Positions 26,157 to 35,784 of a DNA stretch of 42,656 nucleotides are shown in pieces. Below the pieces are notes generated by a model. It had not been told where the DNA came from. It saw nothing but the letters and a program-made list of their open reading frames with translations, and did no database searches. The stretch's first letter is position 1. Every line of letters starts with the position of its first letter. Position numbers and translations under genes: made by a program. This DNA is from an uncultured Anaeroplasmataceae bacterium (GTDB taxonomy: Bacteria; Bacillota_I; Bacilli_A; Acholeplasmatales; Anaeroplasmataceae): NCBI GenBank assembly GCA_964606905.1, contig CAZSIA010000001.1, forward strand, positions 1 to 42,656, written 5' to 3'.

Positions 26157-26189
26157 AAAAAAGTTCAACTGCTTTTACACAATTGAACT
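26157..26189 (-). terminator. rho-independent terminator of yebC
   Basis: Minus strand reads AGTTCAATTG-TGTAAAAG-CAGTTGAACT followed by TTTTTT (26162-26157). Confidence 0.7.
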
Positions 26190-26204
26190 CTCTATAATTA
26201 AAAT

Positions 26205-26924
26205 TTATGCATTACTTGCATTATGATAAACTACGTCAACATCATCTAAAGCTTCTAATGTTGCTAATAGTTTTTCAAATTTTTCTTTATGTTCTTCATC
26301 TAAATCAACATAACTCATAGGTACAAAAGTAACTTTGCTTTCGATAAATTCTAATTCTGGTTTTGCAGCTAATAATGCTTCTTTACAAGCCTCATAATCA
26401 TCAGGTTCTGTTGTAACAATAACACAATCATCATCAGTTACTACATCTTTAGGATTGCAATCAGCAAGAAGTAATGCTTCTAAGGCTTCATCTTCGTTCA
26501 TACCTTCAAATACTAAATATCCAGCATGATCAAACATATGCATTGCACAACCCGTAACACCAAGTTTTCCACCAGATTTATTAAAAGCTGTACGAACATC
26601 TGTGTATGTTCTATTATTATTGTCTGTCATACAGTCAACGATAACTAATACATTACCAGGGCCAAATCCTTCATAACGCATTTCTGTATAGTTTTCATCA
26701 GAACCGCCCTTAGCTTTTTCGATAGCTCTTTTAATAACATCAGCAGGAACATTTTCTTTTCTTGCTTTTTCTACTACTTTACGTAAAGTTAAGTTTGTAT
26801 TTGGATCAGGAACACCGCTCTTAGCAGCCATAAATATTTCTTTTCCGTATTTTGCGTATAATTTAGATTTCATCGCAGCAGTTTTGGCCATAGACGCAGC
26901 GCGAACTTCATGGGCTCTTCCCAT
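26205..26924 (-). CDS. yebC: YebC/PmpR family DNA-binding transcriptional regulator
   Basis: MGRAHEVRAASMAKTAA...YEGFGPGNVLVIVDCMTDNNNRT. The ATG at 26924 is preceded by AAGGAAAGGAA. Confidence 0.9.
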   Translation of the reverse strand: MGRAHEVRAASMAKTAAMKSKLYAKYGKEIFMAAKSGVPDPNTNLTLRKVVEKARKENVPADVIKRAIEKAKGGSDENYTEMRYEGFGPGNVLVIVDCMTDNNNRTYTDVRTAFNKSGGKLGVTGCAMHMFDHAGYLVFEGMNEDEALEALLLADCNPKDVVTDDDCVIVTTEPDDYEACKEALLAAKPELEFIESKVTFVPMSYVDLDEEHKEKFEKLLATLEALDDVDVVYHNASNA

Positions 26925-26961
26925 CACAAATCATTCCTTTCCTTATTTTTCTTACTTTTTT

Positions 26962-26990
26962 ATTTTAACAAATTAATACTAATATAACAA
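26962..26990 (-). promoter_or_regulatory. candidate promoter of yebC
   Basis: Minus strand reads TTGTTA (26990-26985), a 17-nt spacer, then TAAAAT (26967-26962). Confidence 0.45.
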
Positions 26991-27003
26991 GTTATTTTGT
27001 ACA

Positions 27004-27537
27004 TTATTCCGCAAGATCAATTGTTTGGTCAAGTCCACTAGATACAAATCTATTATCCCTTTGCAATCGATAATAGGCATAAAGATTCGTAACAACAACA
27101 ATTATAACGGATGTTAAAATATCTTGTTCATCATGAAAAGGGTGAGGTGCATGATATAAATCTGCTTTATGATTATAAAAATCATGCCTTGCATGTGCAT
27201 TAAATGCCCAAACTATAATTATTACAGCTATTGTGTCTTGGACTAATTCAGGCATGCTCAAAGTAGATACTAAATCAGTCTCACCAATTTTATTAACAAA
27301 AAAATCATTTGTATATGCATAAACAATATTTCGCATACCAGTTGAAGTAATATCATCGATATAAGGCTCCGTTATTCCATTAGCTACTCCAGCACTCGTT
27401 GCGGCAATATAGGCTGGTGTTGGTGAAATATTAGTTATTACATCAAAAAAATCTTTTCGCTCATAAATAAAAATATTAAAAAACAAATCACTTATATATT
27501 GTCCAATAATTGAACCAATAACGCCAGTTCTAATCAA
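27004..27537 (-). CDS. hypothetical protein; coding status uncertain
   Basis: 177-aa ORF that opens only with a TTG lacking an SD. It has a His-rich segment HARHDFYNHKADLYHAPHPFHDEQD and two hydrophobic stretches. I recognise no family. Confidence 0.3.
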   Translation of the reverse strand: MIRTGVIGSIIGQYISDLFFNIFIYERKDFFDVITNISPTPAYIAATSAGVANGITEPYIDDITSTGMRNIVYAYTNDFFVNKIGETDLVSTLSMPELVQDTIAVIIIVWAFNAHARHDFYNHKADLYHAPHPFHDEQDILTSVIIVVVTNLYAYYRLQRDNRFVSSGLDQTIDLAE

Positions 27538-27599
27538 TTTAGGAAAATCATAATCAAATAAGCTAATATAACACCACCATATTAGTATATGAGTATTTA

Positions 27600-29477
27600 T
27601 TATCTTCGATATTTTCTATGCATCTTTTCATAACCTTTACCACCTTTTTGATAATAAGGTTTTGTCGATTTACCATCATAGTTATCACTTCTTGGTTTGA
27701 TTAAACATTTAGAATCATAACCAATCAAATCTAATCTGTTCGCCTTTTTCAAAGCTTCTTCAACTAAGAAATAATTTTGAGGTAATTTATATTGCATCAA
27801 AGCTCTTTGCATTGCTTTTTCATGCGGGTCTTTTGGTACATACACTTTCTCCATTGTAAATGGATCAACTCCGGTATAATACATACAAGTACTAGCGGTA
27901 GCTGGAGTAGGATAAAAATCTTGAACTTGTTCTACTTGATGACCGATATCTCTTAAATATTCAGCTAATTTAATTGCAGAATCTAAAGTAGAACCAGGAT
28001 GCGAAGACATTAAATATGGAACTATAAATTGTTTCATATTATTCTTTTCATTTAACTCGTAATAAAGTTTACAAAATTCATCATATAAACTTCTAGATGG
28101 TTTACCCATACGAATTAATACATTATCATCAATATGTTCAGGAGCTACTTTTAATTGACCAGAAACATGGAATTTAATCAACTCTTCAAAAAACTCTTTA
28201 TTTTTATCATACATTATATAATCATAACGTAAGCCGCTTCGAACAAACACTTTTTTAATGCCATCTAGTTTTCTCACTTCACGCAAAATATCTAAATAAG
28301 CGCTATGATCAACAACGAGATTTTTACATGGGTTCATCCCTAAACACTCTTTGTGAGTACATACACCATGCTCAACTTGTTTAGTACATGCAGGATGGTA
28401 AAAGTTAGCTGTAGGTCCACCAATGTCATGAATATAGCCCTTGAAATTAGGCATTTCTTTAATCACTTTAGCTTCGGTAACAACACTTTCTTTTGAACGA
28501 GACTGAACCATTCTACCTTGGTGCATTGCCAAAGCACAGAAATGACAACCACCAAAACATCCTCTATTTATAATAATCGAAAACTGTACTTCATCAATTG
28601 CGGGAACATGTCCTTTAGCTTCGATTAATGGATGAGTTTCACGCATAAAAGGAAGAGAATAAACAGCGTCCATCTCCTCTTGTGATAAGGGGAACTCAGG
28701 TGGATTTTGAACAACAAAAATATCTTTATACTCTTCAACAATGGCTTTTGCAGTAAAAGCGTCCGTATTCTTATATTGAATTTGAAAACTTTCCAAATAC
28801 TTCATCTTATCACTAACAACTTCTTTATATGAAGGAAGAAGGATATACTCAAAAGAAAGTCTAGATAAATCTTTAGTCTTCCAAACACTATTTCTAATAT
28901 AAACAATATCACTAACAGCAATCCCTGCATCAAGTGCATCCGCAACCTCAACAATTGTCTTCTCACCCATACCATACAAAACTAAATCAGCTTGAGAATC
29001 AATTAAAATTGATTTCATTACTTTATCAGACCAATAATCATAATGTGATAATCTTCTCAAAGAAGCTTCAACTCCACCAGTAATAATAGTAGCGTCTGGA
29101 TATAATTGTCTTAATTTATTACAATACTTAATTACGGCTCTATCTGGTCGTTTTCCCATTTCGCCATTCGGTGTATAATAATCTTTTTTTCTTCTTTTTT
29201 TAGCCACAGTATAATGATTAACCATTGAATCAATATTACCACTAGAAACCAAAAATCCTAAACGTGGTTCCCCAAATAGTGTAAAGTCACTGTCTTTATT
29301 AATATCAGGCTGAGAAATAATACAACAAGTATAACCAAAGTTTTCCAAAACTCTAGTAATAATAGCAGGACCAAAAGAAGGATGATCAATATAAGCATCA
29401 CCTGTAACATACACAAAGTCGGGTTGACTCCATCCATATTCAGCCATTTCTTCTAATGTAATTGGTAAAAAAGGCAT
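27600..29477 (-). CDS. ygiQ: YgiQ family radical SAM protein (UPF0313)
   Basis: 625 aa. N-terminus MPFLPIT.EE....GW...DFVYVTGDAYIDHPSFG, a radical SAM cluster CFGGCHFC, and a basic C-tail. Confidence 0.9.
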   Translation of the reverse strand: MPFLPITLEEMAEYGWSQPDFVYVTGDAYIDHPSFGPAIITRVLENFGYTCCIISQPDINKDSDFTLFGEPRLGFLVSSGNIDSMVNHYTVAKKRRKKDYYTPNGEMGKRPDRAVIKYCNKLRQLYPDATIITGGVEASLRRLSHYDYWSDKVMKSILIDSQADLVLYGMGEKTIVEVADALDAGIAVSDIVYIRNSVWKTKDLSRLSFEYILLPSYKEVVSDKMKYLESFQIQYKNTDAFTAKAIVEEYKDIFVVQNPPEFPLSQEEMDAVYSLPFMRETHPLIEAKGHVPAIDEVQFSIIINRGCFGGCHFCALAMHQGRMVQSRSKESVVTEAKVIKEMPNFKGYIHDIGGPTANFYHPACTKQVEHGVCTHKECLGMNPCKNLVVDHSAYLDILREVRKLDGIKKVFVRSGLRYDYIMYDKNKEFFEELIKFHVSGQLKVAPEHIDDNVLIRMGKPSRSLYDEFCKLYYELNEKNNMKQFIVPYLMSSHPGSTLDSAIKLAEYLRDIGHQVEQVQDFYPTPATASTCMYYTGVDPFTMEKVYVPKDPHEKAMQRALMQYKLPQNYFLVEEALKKANRLDLIGYDSKCLIKPRSDNYDGKSTKPYYQKGGKGYEKMHRKYRR

Positions 29478-29503
29478 TTATAAAACCTCCTTAAAAAACA
29501 AAA

Positions 29504-29512
29504 TTATTATAA
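29504..29512 (-). promoter_or_regulatory. extended -10 element (TGTTATAAT) upstream of ygiQ
   Basis: Minus strand reads TGTTATAAT about 25 nt upstream of SD AAGGAGG and the ygiQ ATG. The -35 is weak. Confidence 0.4.
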
Positions 29513-29539
29513 CATACTTTTTGTATAAATACTTAAATT

Positions 29540-29578
29540 ATAAAAAGAAAATCTTCAAAATATAAAACCTTGAAGATT
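29540..29578 (-). terminator. rho-independent terminator ending the long operon after folD
   Basis: Minus strand reads AATCTTCAA-N11-TTGAAGATT followed by TTCTTTTTAT. Confidence 0.7.
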
Positions 29579-29588
29579 AAAATTATTT

Positions 29589-30440
29589 TTATTTAAATTT
29601 TCTTTTAAAAGCCAAAATTGTATTTTCCATCAAACAAGTAATAGTCATTGGCCCAACTCCGCCAGGAACCTTTGTTATTACGCTAGCGATCCTTTCAACT
29701 TCATCAAAATCAACATCACCACATAATTTTCCGTTTTCATCTCTATTAACTCCAACATCAATAACAACTGCGCCTGCCTTAACCATTTCCTTTTTAAGCA
29801 TCCTTGCCTTACCAACAGCTACAATTAAAATATCAGCTTCCCTTGTGACACTAGCTAAATCAACAGTTTTTGAATGAGCGATTGTAACTGTAGCGTTTCT
29901 ATCCAAAAGTAATTTAGAAATAGGAAGACCAACAATATTACTTCTACCAATAACTACAGCTTTTTTTCCTGCAATCTCTATATTAGCTTTTTCTAATAAT
30001 TTAATGATACCTTTAGGTGTACAAGGCAACATACATTCTTTTTTTAACCATAAATTAGCAACATTAAGTGGATGGAATCCATCTACATCCTTACTAATAG
30101 CGATACTTTCAATAATTTTTTCTTCTTTAATATGAATTGGTAATGGTAATTGAACTAAAATACCATCAACACAATCATCTTCATTTAATTCATTAATTAG
30201 ATTAATTAATTCTTCTTCACTAATCGTCTCATCTAATCTAATCGTAGTATTTTTAATCCCAACAAATTCGCAAGCTTTACTCTTACCAGTCACATAAGAA
30301 ATACTGCTTGGATTATTACCTACTAAAACAACCACTAAATGAGGAGCTCTTTGATATTTATAAACCAAGTCTAAAACCTCAAGACGCATTGCTTCTTTTA
30401 ATTCTTGGCTTAATTCTTTCCCACTAATAATTGTAGCCAC
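29589..30440 (-). CDS. folD: bifunctional methylenetetrahydrofolate dehydrogenase / methenyltetrahydrofolate cyclohydrolase
   Basis: 283 aa: YV..K.KAC, DGILVQLPLP, CTPKGI, VVIGRSNIVG.P and PGGVGPMT motifs. Confidence 0.95.
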   Translation of the reverse strand: MATIISGKELSQELKEAMRLEVLDLVYKYQRAPHLVVVLVGNNPSSISYVTGKSKACEFVGIKNTTIRLDETISEEELINLINELNEDDCVDGILVQLPLPIHIKEEKIIESIAISKDVDGFHPLNVANLWLKKECMLPCTPKGIIKLLEKANIEIAGKKAVVIGRSNIVGLPISKLLLDRNATVTIAHSKTVDLASVTREADILIVAVGKARMLKKEMVKAGAVVIDVGVNRDENGKLCGDVDFDEVERIASVITKVPGGVGPMTITCLMENTILAFKRKFK

Positions 30441-30443
30441 TTA

Positions 30444-32036
30444 TTATTCCTCCTTTAATTTCTTTAATAATTCTGTTGCTGCATAAACTGGATTTTCTGC
30501 CCCATTAGCTAAGGCAAGACCAGTATAAATTTCACCAACCTTAATATTATATTCAAAGAAATAACTAAAGTATTTATCCAATAATATATTTGTTTCTTCT
30601 TGAAGTTGGACAGGTCCAAAAGGATTTGCAAAAAAAGTTGTAACTAAGCCAGTTTCTCCAGTTGTACCTTTCGCCACTCTCGCACCTTTTTTAAACACTT
30701 CAAGTGCACTTTCTAAACTAGAAAATAATCTAATTTTACTATCTTTTTCTTCATAATTATTTGCGTAGAAAATTGCATCAACCTCAACACCCATAGTTAT
30801 ATCATCATAACTAGAAATTGGTAAAACAATACGAGCGTTTGACAAACTTGGATTCATAAAAATTGCACGGTCAAACACCTTATATGTATATCCATTTTCT
30901 AAGTCGTCAGTTCTTACAAAAGCACCTATTTCTGTACCATACGCCTTAAGTTTCCCATCATCAAATAAAAGCGTACCCATATCGTCAAATATAGTAGTCA
31001 TATCTACAACATAATCATTAGCAATCTTTCTTAAAGCTTCTAAAGTTTCACTCTTACCAGCACCACTATCACCTATTAAGATAATATTTTTTTGACGATG
31101 ATCTTTTAATGTTAAACTTACACAAGCACCGTGAATTGGCAAACCACCAACACTAATCATTTCCATATTATACGCAGTTAAAATAATCTTTTTCATATAG
31201 CCAAAATAATCTATTTCATCGCGTTCAATAAGTGAAGCTATATGAACATCATTATCTGCATCATAATAAATTCCTTCTTTAGTATCAGAACCAAATAAAA
31301 TGATAATATCAGGTTTATTTTCTTTATATTCATCATCATGTTCAAATAGGTTTGACAAAGCAAGAGCAAGTGACATATAACGGTCTTTAAAATATACAAA
31401 CACTCTTTTTTTACCAACTAAAATTGGATAACAATAAAAACCTTCTTTATCTAATCCATAAACAGGATTACTATCAATAATAGGGAAAATCCCTTGACGT
31501 TTATTTGATTTAGAATTGACAACAAATGGTGGTCTAAAAATAATACTATGTAAAACAGGAATATCTTTTAATTCGTTGTAAACAGGATAGTTTGTCCTAT
31601 TCAATAAAATAAATGCATTTCCTCCTGCTGGAAGTTCGCGCATGATATTAAATTTAACTCCCAAATTTAAACAAATCCTACGATACATATCTAAAACAGT
31701 ACGATTAAAATTATTAAATATGTCATGGAAATTTGTTTCGTTAATAACATAAGAAACACTCAAATCAGCAAACAAATATCTTTTATAATCACGCCAAAAA
31801 TCATAAATGTTTTCAACAATATGATATAAACCATTCAAACTAACAACATTATTTAAATTATTAGCTAAAACTTCTAACATAACTTCTGTTAAATCAGGTT
31901 TACTAATGATTTTATCTAATAATAAATCTGGATGTTCTTCTAAATAATCATCAACTACTGTTTTTAAAACATTATTGTGAAAATGATTAAAACCCGGATC
32001 TGTAAAATTAATAAAAAATGTTTTATCTGCCCTCAT
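30444..32036 (-). CDS. uncharacterised protein with an HPr-kinase/PEP-carboxykinase-type P-loop domain
   Basis: 530 aa. The C-terminal half reads IHGACVSLTLKDHRQKNIILIGDSGAGKSETLEALRKIANDYVVDMTTIFDDMG, with the P-loop at 31047-31073. I do not recognise the N-terminal ~300 aa. It lies 12 nt after fhs and 3 nt before folD. Confidence 0.7.
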   Translation of the reverse strand: MRADKTFFINFTDPGFNHFHNNVLKTVVDDYLEEHPDLLLDKIISKPDLTEVMLEVLANNLNNVVSLNGLYHIVENIYDFWRDYKRYLFADLSVSYVINETNFHDIFNNFNRTVLDMYRRICLNLGVKFNIMRELPAGGNAFILLNRTNYPVYNELKDIPVLHSIIFRPPFVVNSKSNKRQGIFPIIDSNPVYGLDKEGFYCYPILVGKKRVFVYFKDRYMSLALALSNLFEHDDEYKENKPDIIILFGSDTKEGIYYDADNDVHIASLIERDEIDYFGYMKKIILTAYNMEMISVGGLPIHGACVSLTLKDHRQKNIILIGDSGAGKSETLEALRKIANDYVVDMTTIFDDMGTLLFDDGKLKAYGTEIGAFVRTDDLENGYTYKVFDRAIFMNPSLSNARIVLPISSYDDITMGVEVDAIFYANNYEEKDSKIRLFSSLESALEVFKKGARVAKGTTGETGLVTTFFANPFGPVQLQEETNILLDKYFSYFFEYNIKVGEIYTGLALANGAENPVYAATELLKKLKEE

Positions 32037-32048
32037 AAATCATCACTC

Positions 32049-33716
32049 CTAAAATAATCCTACTGCCTTGCCATCAACATAATCCATTTTTAAAGCTTGT
32101 GGTACTTTTGGTAAACCAGGCATCGTCATAATAGCACCAGTTAAAACAACTATAAAACCCGCACCCTTTGAAACACGCAACTCCTTAACTGTAATTCTAA
32201 AGCCTGTAGGCCTACCCATAACCTTTGCATCATCAGTTAATGAATTAGGTGTTTTAGCCATACAAATTGGCATCTTATCATAACCTAAACGGTAAAAATC
32301 AGCAAGTTGCACTAACGCATTTTCTGTGTAATCTACACCATCAGCACCATAAATTTCCTTAGCAATTGTTTCAATTTTCTTTTCAATAGATTCGTTATAA
32401 TCATATAATTTTTCATAAGTATAATAACCATCATTTTTAGCAATTGTCTCAACAACCTTATTAGCTAAATCAACTCCACCTTCTCTACCTTTAGCAAACA
32501 CTTCAGATAAACTTACTGTATGATTATTTCTTCTAGCCCAGTCTTGCAACATTTCAATTTCACGATCAGTATCACTTAAAAAACGGTTAATTGCTACTAC
32601 ATACGGCAATTTATATTTTTTAATATTTTCAATATGTTTTGCTAAATTTGCCATACCAGCTTCAAGTGCAGGTAAATCTTCAATCGTATAATCTGTAGCA
32701 CCACCATGCATCTTAAGTGCTCTAATTGTAGCTACAATCACAACACAACTTGGTTTAATATTAGCAATAGGACATTTAATATCTAAAAACTTTTCAGCAC
32801 CCAAGTCAGCACCGAAACCAGCTTCAGTAACAACATAATCAGCTAATTTCATCGCCATTTTAGTTGCAATAATTGAATTACATCCATGTGCAATATTAGC
32901 AAATGGTCCGCCATGAATAAGCGCTGGAGTGTGATATAGTGTTTGACAAAGATTTGGCTTGATAGCATCTTTTAAAATCAAAGTTATGACACCTTCACAG
33001 CCTAAATCCCGAACAGTAACAGCTTCATCATCAAAGTTATAAGCAACCACAATATTTGCAATTCTCTCTTTTAAGTTTTCAACACTAGTAGCTAAACATA
33101 AAATCGCCATAATTTCACTAGCTACTGTAATATTAAATCCATCTTTTCTTTCAACACCATTTGACTTAGGACCTTGTCCAACAGTAACTTCTCTTAATGC
33201 GCGATCATTTAAATCTAAACATCTTTTCCAAACAATTTTTTCTGGATTAATATTTAATTCATTTCCTTGATGTAAATGATTGTCAATAATCGCACTTATT
33301 GTGTTATTCGCTGTTGTAATAGCATGCATATCACCAGTAAAATGCATATTAATATCTTCCATTGGTTGAACTTGAGCATATCCTCCACCAGCGGCACCAC
33401 CTTTAATACCTAAAACAGGCCCAAAAGAGGGTTCTCTTAAAGCAACAATGCTTTTTTTACCAATAAAAGCCAACGCATCAGCCAAACCAATCGTAGTAGT
33501 TGATTTACCTTCACCAGCTTTAGTAGGATTAATTGCTGTAACTAAGATAACTTTCCCATCTTTCTTTTCCTTTAAAGAGGAAAAAATATCTAAACTAATT
33601 TTAGCTTTATATTTCCCATAAGCTTCTAAATACTCATCACTAATATTAGCCCTTTTAGCAATTTTACTAATTAATTCCATCTCATTTTCATAAGCAATTT
33701 GTAAATCTGTTTTCAT
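32049..33716 (-). CDS. fhs: formate--tetrahydrofolate ligase
   Basis: 555 aa. [16 protein letters not shown]-type P-loop ([17 protein letters not shown]) and the [13 protein letters not shown] motif. Confidence 0.95.
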   Translation of the reverse strand: MKTDLQIAYENEMELISKIAKRANISDEYLEAYGKYKAKISLDIFSSLKEKKDGKVILVTAINPTKAGEGKSTTTIGLADALAFIGKKSIVALREPSFGPVLGIKGGAAGGGYAQVQPMEDINMHFTGDMHAITTANNTISAIIDNHLHQGNELNINPEKIVWKRCLDLNDRALREVTVGQGPKSNGVERKDGFNITVASEIMAILCLATSVENLKERIANIVVAYNFDDEAVTVRDLGCEGVITLILKDAIKPNLCQTLYHTPALIHGGPFANIAHGCNSIIATKMAMKLADYVVTEAGFGADLGAEKFLDIKCPIANIKPSCVVIVATIRALKMHGGATDYTIEDLPALEAGMANLAKHIENIKKYKLPYVVAINRFLSDTDREIEMLQDWARRNNHTVSLSEVFAKGREGGVDLANKVVETIAKNDGYYTYEKLYDYNESIEKKIETIAKEIYGADGVDYTENALVQLADFYRLGYDKMPICMAKTPNSLTDDAKVMGRPTGFRITVKELRVSKGAGFIVVLTGAIMTMPGLPKVPQALKMDYVDGKAVGLF

Positions 33717-33721
33717 CTTAA

Positions 33722-34936
33722 CTACTCCTCTAATTCTTTTTTAGCATTAAAAATAATGCTTGGTAATTTAAGCGCTTCTAATTCATTTATCGCACAAAGC
33801 GCTACCCTTATACATGTTTTAGTAACGACAACATAAACATCACTATCGTGTAATTTATTCATTAAAGCCACTGGATCAGTAGAAGGAATACAAACAAAAA
33901 ATCCTTTTTCATATGGCAATAATTCTAAACCAATTCTCCTAGCTTCATTAATAAAAACTTCACTTCTTTTTTGTAACATAACAGCTACATTCTTAACTTC
34001 TTCAACAAACATTTCATAATAATATGGATTTAAAACTAATTTACTAATAACTGATATTCCTAATTTTGAAGAACTTCCCCAATTACTACGAGCTGTATAA
34101 CTAACCGCATCAACAAAATTACAAACATCTCTTTCATTCCTACTTAATAAGATATTCGCACCAATACGTAATCCATAAAGGCCAAATGTCTTCGAACCAC
34201 TAAATGCAAAATTAATTAAAACATTCTCATTTAATCTACTTAATTTATAATAACGACTTCTAATAATATTAGGATTACAATCATAAAAATCAAAATAAGC
34301 AACATCCATCAGCAAAACAAATGGATAATAAAATTCATTTAGCAAATCAACCAACTTATCATAATCGCTATCTTTCATACAAAAACCAGTAGGATTATGA
34401 CAAGGGTCATTAATGACTAAAATAATACTTTCTTGACTTTTCATTAAAGAGATAATATTTTCCCTTAAATTATCAATGTTGAAATTATTCTCTCTATCAT
34501 ATAGTTTATATTTAACAAACCCACATTCTCTTTCTCTAGCTAAAGTAATATATGTTTCCCACATAACATCAGGTACTAAAACAGCGTCATGTTTATGCAT
34601 ATAATTTTGAAATGTCGTCGCAATCGCTCCAGAACCACCTGGAGTAGCTACAACTCCAATCTTATGTGTAGTTCTAAACAAAGCTAAATAATCGCCAAAT
34701 ACCCATTTTAAAACCGCTTCTTGAAAATCCTTTCCGCCATCAGTATCAGCATATGAAAAAGCTTCATAACTAGAAACTGTTTTTAAAACCTCATTAACTG
34801 CATTAAAAGTATAAAATTTATTTGACTCATCATTAAACATTCCAATAGTCGCATTAATAACACTTGGATTATTCTTCTTAGCTTCTGCCGCTATTTGCGA
34901 TAAAGTTAAAATGTTATTAGATAATTTCTTAACCAT
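33722..34936 (-). CDS. class I aminotransferase, AspC/TyrB (aspartate/aromatic) subfamily
   Basis: 404 aa. PLP-lysine context [15 protein letters not shown] (compare AspC SYSKNFGLYNERVG) and NPTG at HNPTGF. Confidence 0.85.
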   Translation of the reverse strand: MVKKLSNNILTLSQIAAEAKKNNPSVINATIGMFNDESNKFYTFNAVNEVLKTVSSYEAFSYADTDGGKDFQEAVLKWVFGDYLALFRTTHKIGVVATPGGSGAIATTFQNYMHKHDAVLVPDVMWETYITLARERECGFVKYKLYDRENNFNIDNLRENIISLMKSQESIILVINDPCHNPTGFCMKDSDYDKLVDLLNEFYYPFVLLMDVAYFDFYDCNPNIIRSRYYKLSRLNENVLINFAFSGSKTFGLYGLRIGANILLSRNERDVCNFVDAVSYTARSNWGSSSKLGISVISKLVLNPYYYEMFVEEVKNVAVMLQKRSEVFINEARRIGLELLPYEKGFFVCIPSTDPVALMNKLHDSDVYVVVTKTCIRVALCAINELEALKLPSIIFNAKKELEE

Positions 34937-34947
34937 ACACCCATCTC

Positions 34948-35778
34948 CTAACTAAAGTAAACAATAAGAATAATTATACCTAAAAGGATTCGGTAAAAAC
35001 CAAAAACTTTAAAACTATATTTTTTAACAAAATCTAATAATTTTTTAATAACAAACAAACTAACCATTACCGCCACTAACATTCCAATCAACAAAATAAT
35101 TAGTTCATTTAAATTAATTCCATAACTTATAAGATATTTTCCCATCTTATAAATTGAAGCACCAAACATAATTGGAATTGATAAAAAGAAAGAATACTCA
35201 GTCACAACTACTCTACCTAATTTAAACATTCTACCAAAGATAATCGTTACTCCGCTACGACTTGTCCCGGGAATCAAAGCTAAAACTTGAACGCAACCAA
35301 TCATAAAAGATTTCTTCATACCTAAATCTTTAATATCCAAGACTTCTTCTTCCTTACAATAACTTTCAACTATGATAAATACTAAACCATATACAATCAG
35401 TACAATTCCAATCATTAAAAGATTATAAAAGTACGTAGTCACAAAACTATCTGTGAAAAAGCCAACAATAACTATCGGAATACAAGCTACAAAAACTTTA
35501 ATCCAAACATCTATTTTCTCTTTCTTACTATAAGTATTACTTTCCTTAAAAGGATTAAGCCTATTAAAGTAAATAATAACTACTGCAATAATCGCTCCTA
35601 ACTGAACGACCACATCAAACACCAACTTAAATTCTTCATTAAATATCGTATTACTACTTAAAAAACCTTCAAAGCTATTTAACACTAAAATAAGATGAGC
35701 TGTACTACTTATTGGTAACCACTCCGTAATACCCTCTACAACCCCTAAAACAATCGCACACAACAAATCAATTATCAT
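34948..35778 (-). CDS. uppP: undecaprenyl-diphosphate phosphatase
   Basis: 276 aa, eight TM helices, with BacA motifs GVVEGITEWLPISSTAHL and PGTSRSG. Confidence 0.9.
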   Translation of the reverse strand: MIIDLLCAIVLGVVEGITEWLPISSTAHLILVLNSFEGFLSSNTIFNEEFKLVFDVVVQLGAIIAVVIIYFNRLNPFKESNTYSKKEKIDVWIKVFVACIPIVIVGFFTDSFVTTYFYNLLMIGIVLIVYGLVFIIVESYCKEEEVLDIKDLGMKKSFMIGCVQVLALIPGTSRSGVTIIFGRMFKLGRVVVTEYSFFLSIPIMFGASIYKMGKYLISYGINLNELIILLIGMLVAVMVSLFVIKKLLDFVKKYSFKVFGFYRILLGIIILIVYFS

Positions 35779-35784
35779 GTTTTA

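Noticed and set aside
25908-26186. 92-aa plus-strand ORF in the supplied track (MVSFSYFTNSKHLIRKYSSS...).
   Set aside because: It has low-complexity S/L/T composition and no SD. It lies exactly over the GC-rich island and the yebC terminator hairpin. It is better explained as the antisense shadow of a structured RNA or intron remnant.
30444-32036. Calling the 530-aa protein PEP carboxykinase (PckA) on the basis of its length.
   Set aside because: The P-loop is GDSGAGKSE (HprK-type), not GLSGTGKTT. It lies at residue ~322 rather than ~250, and I saw no other PckA motifs.
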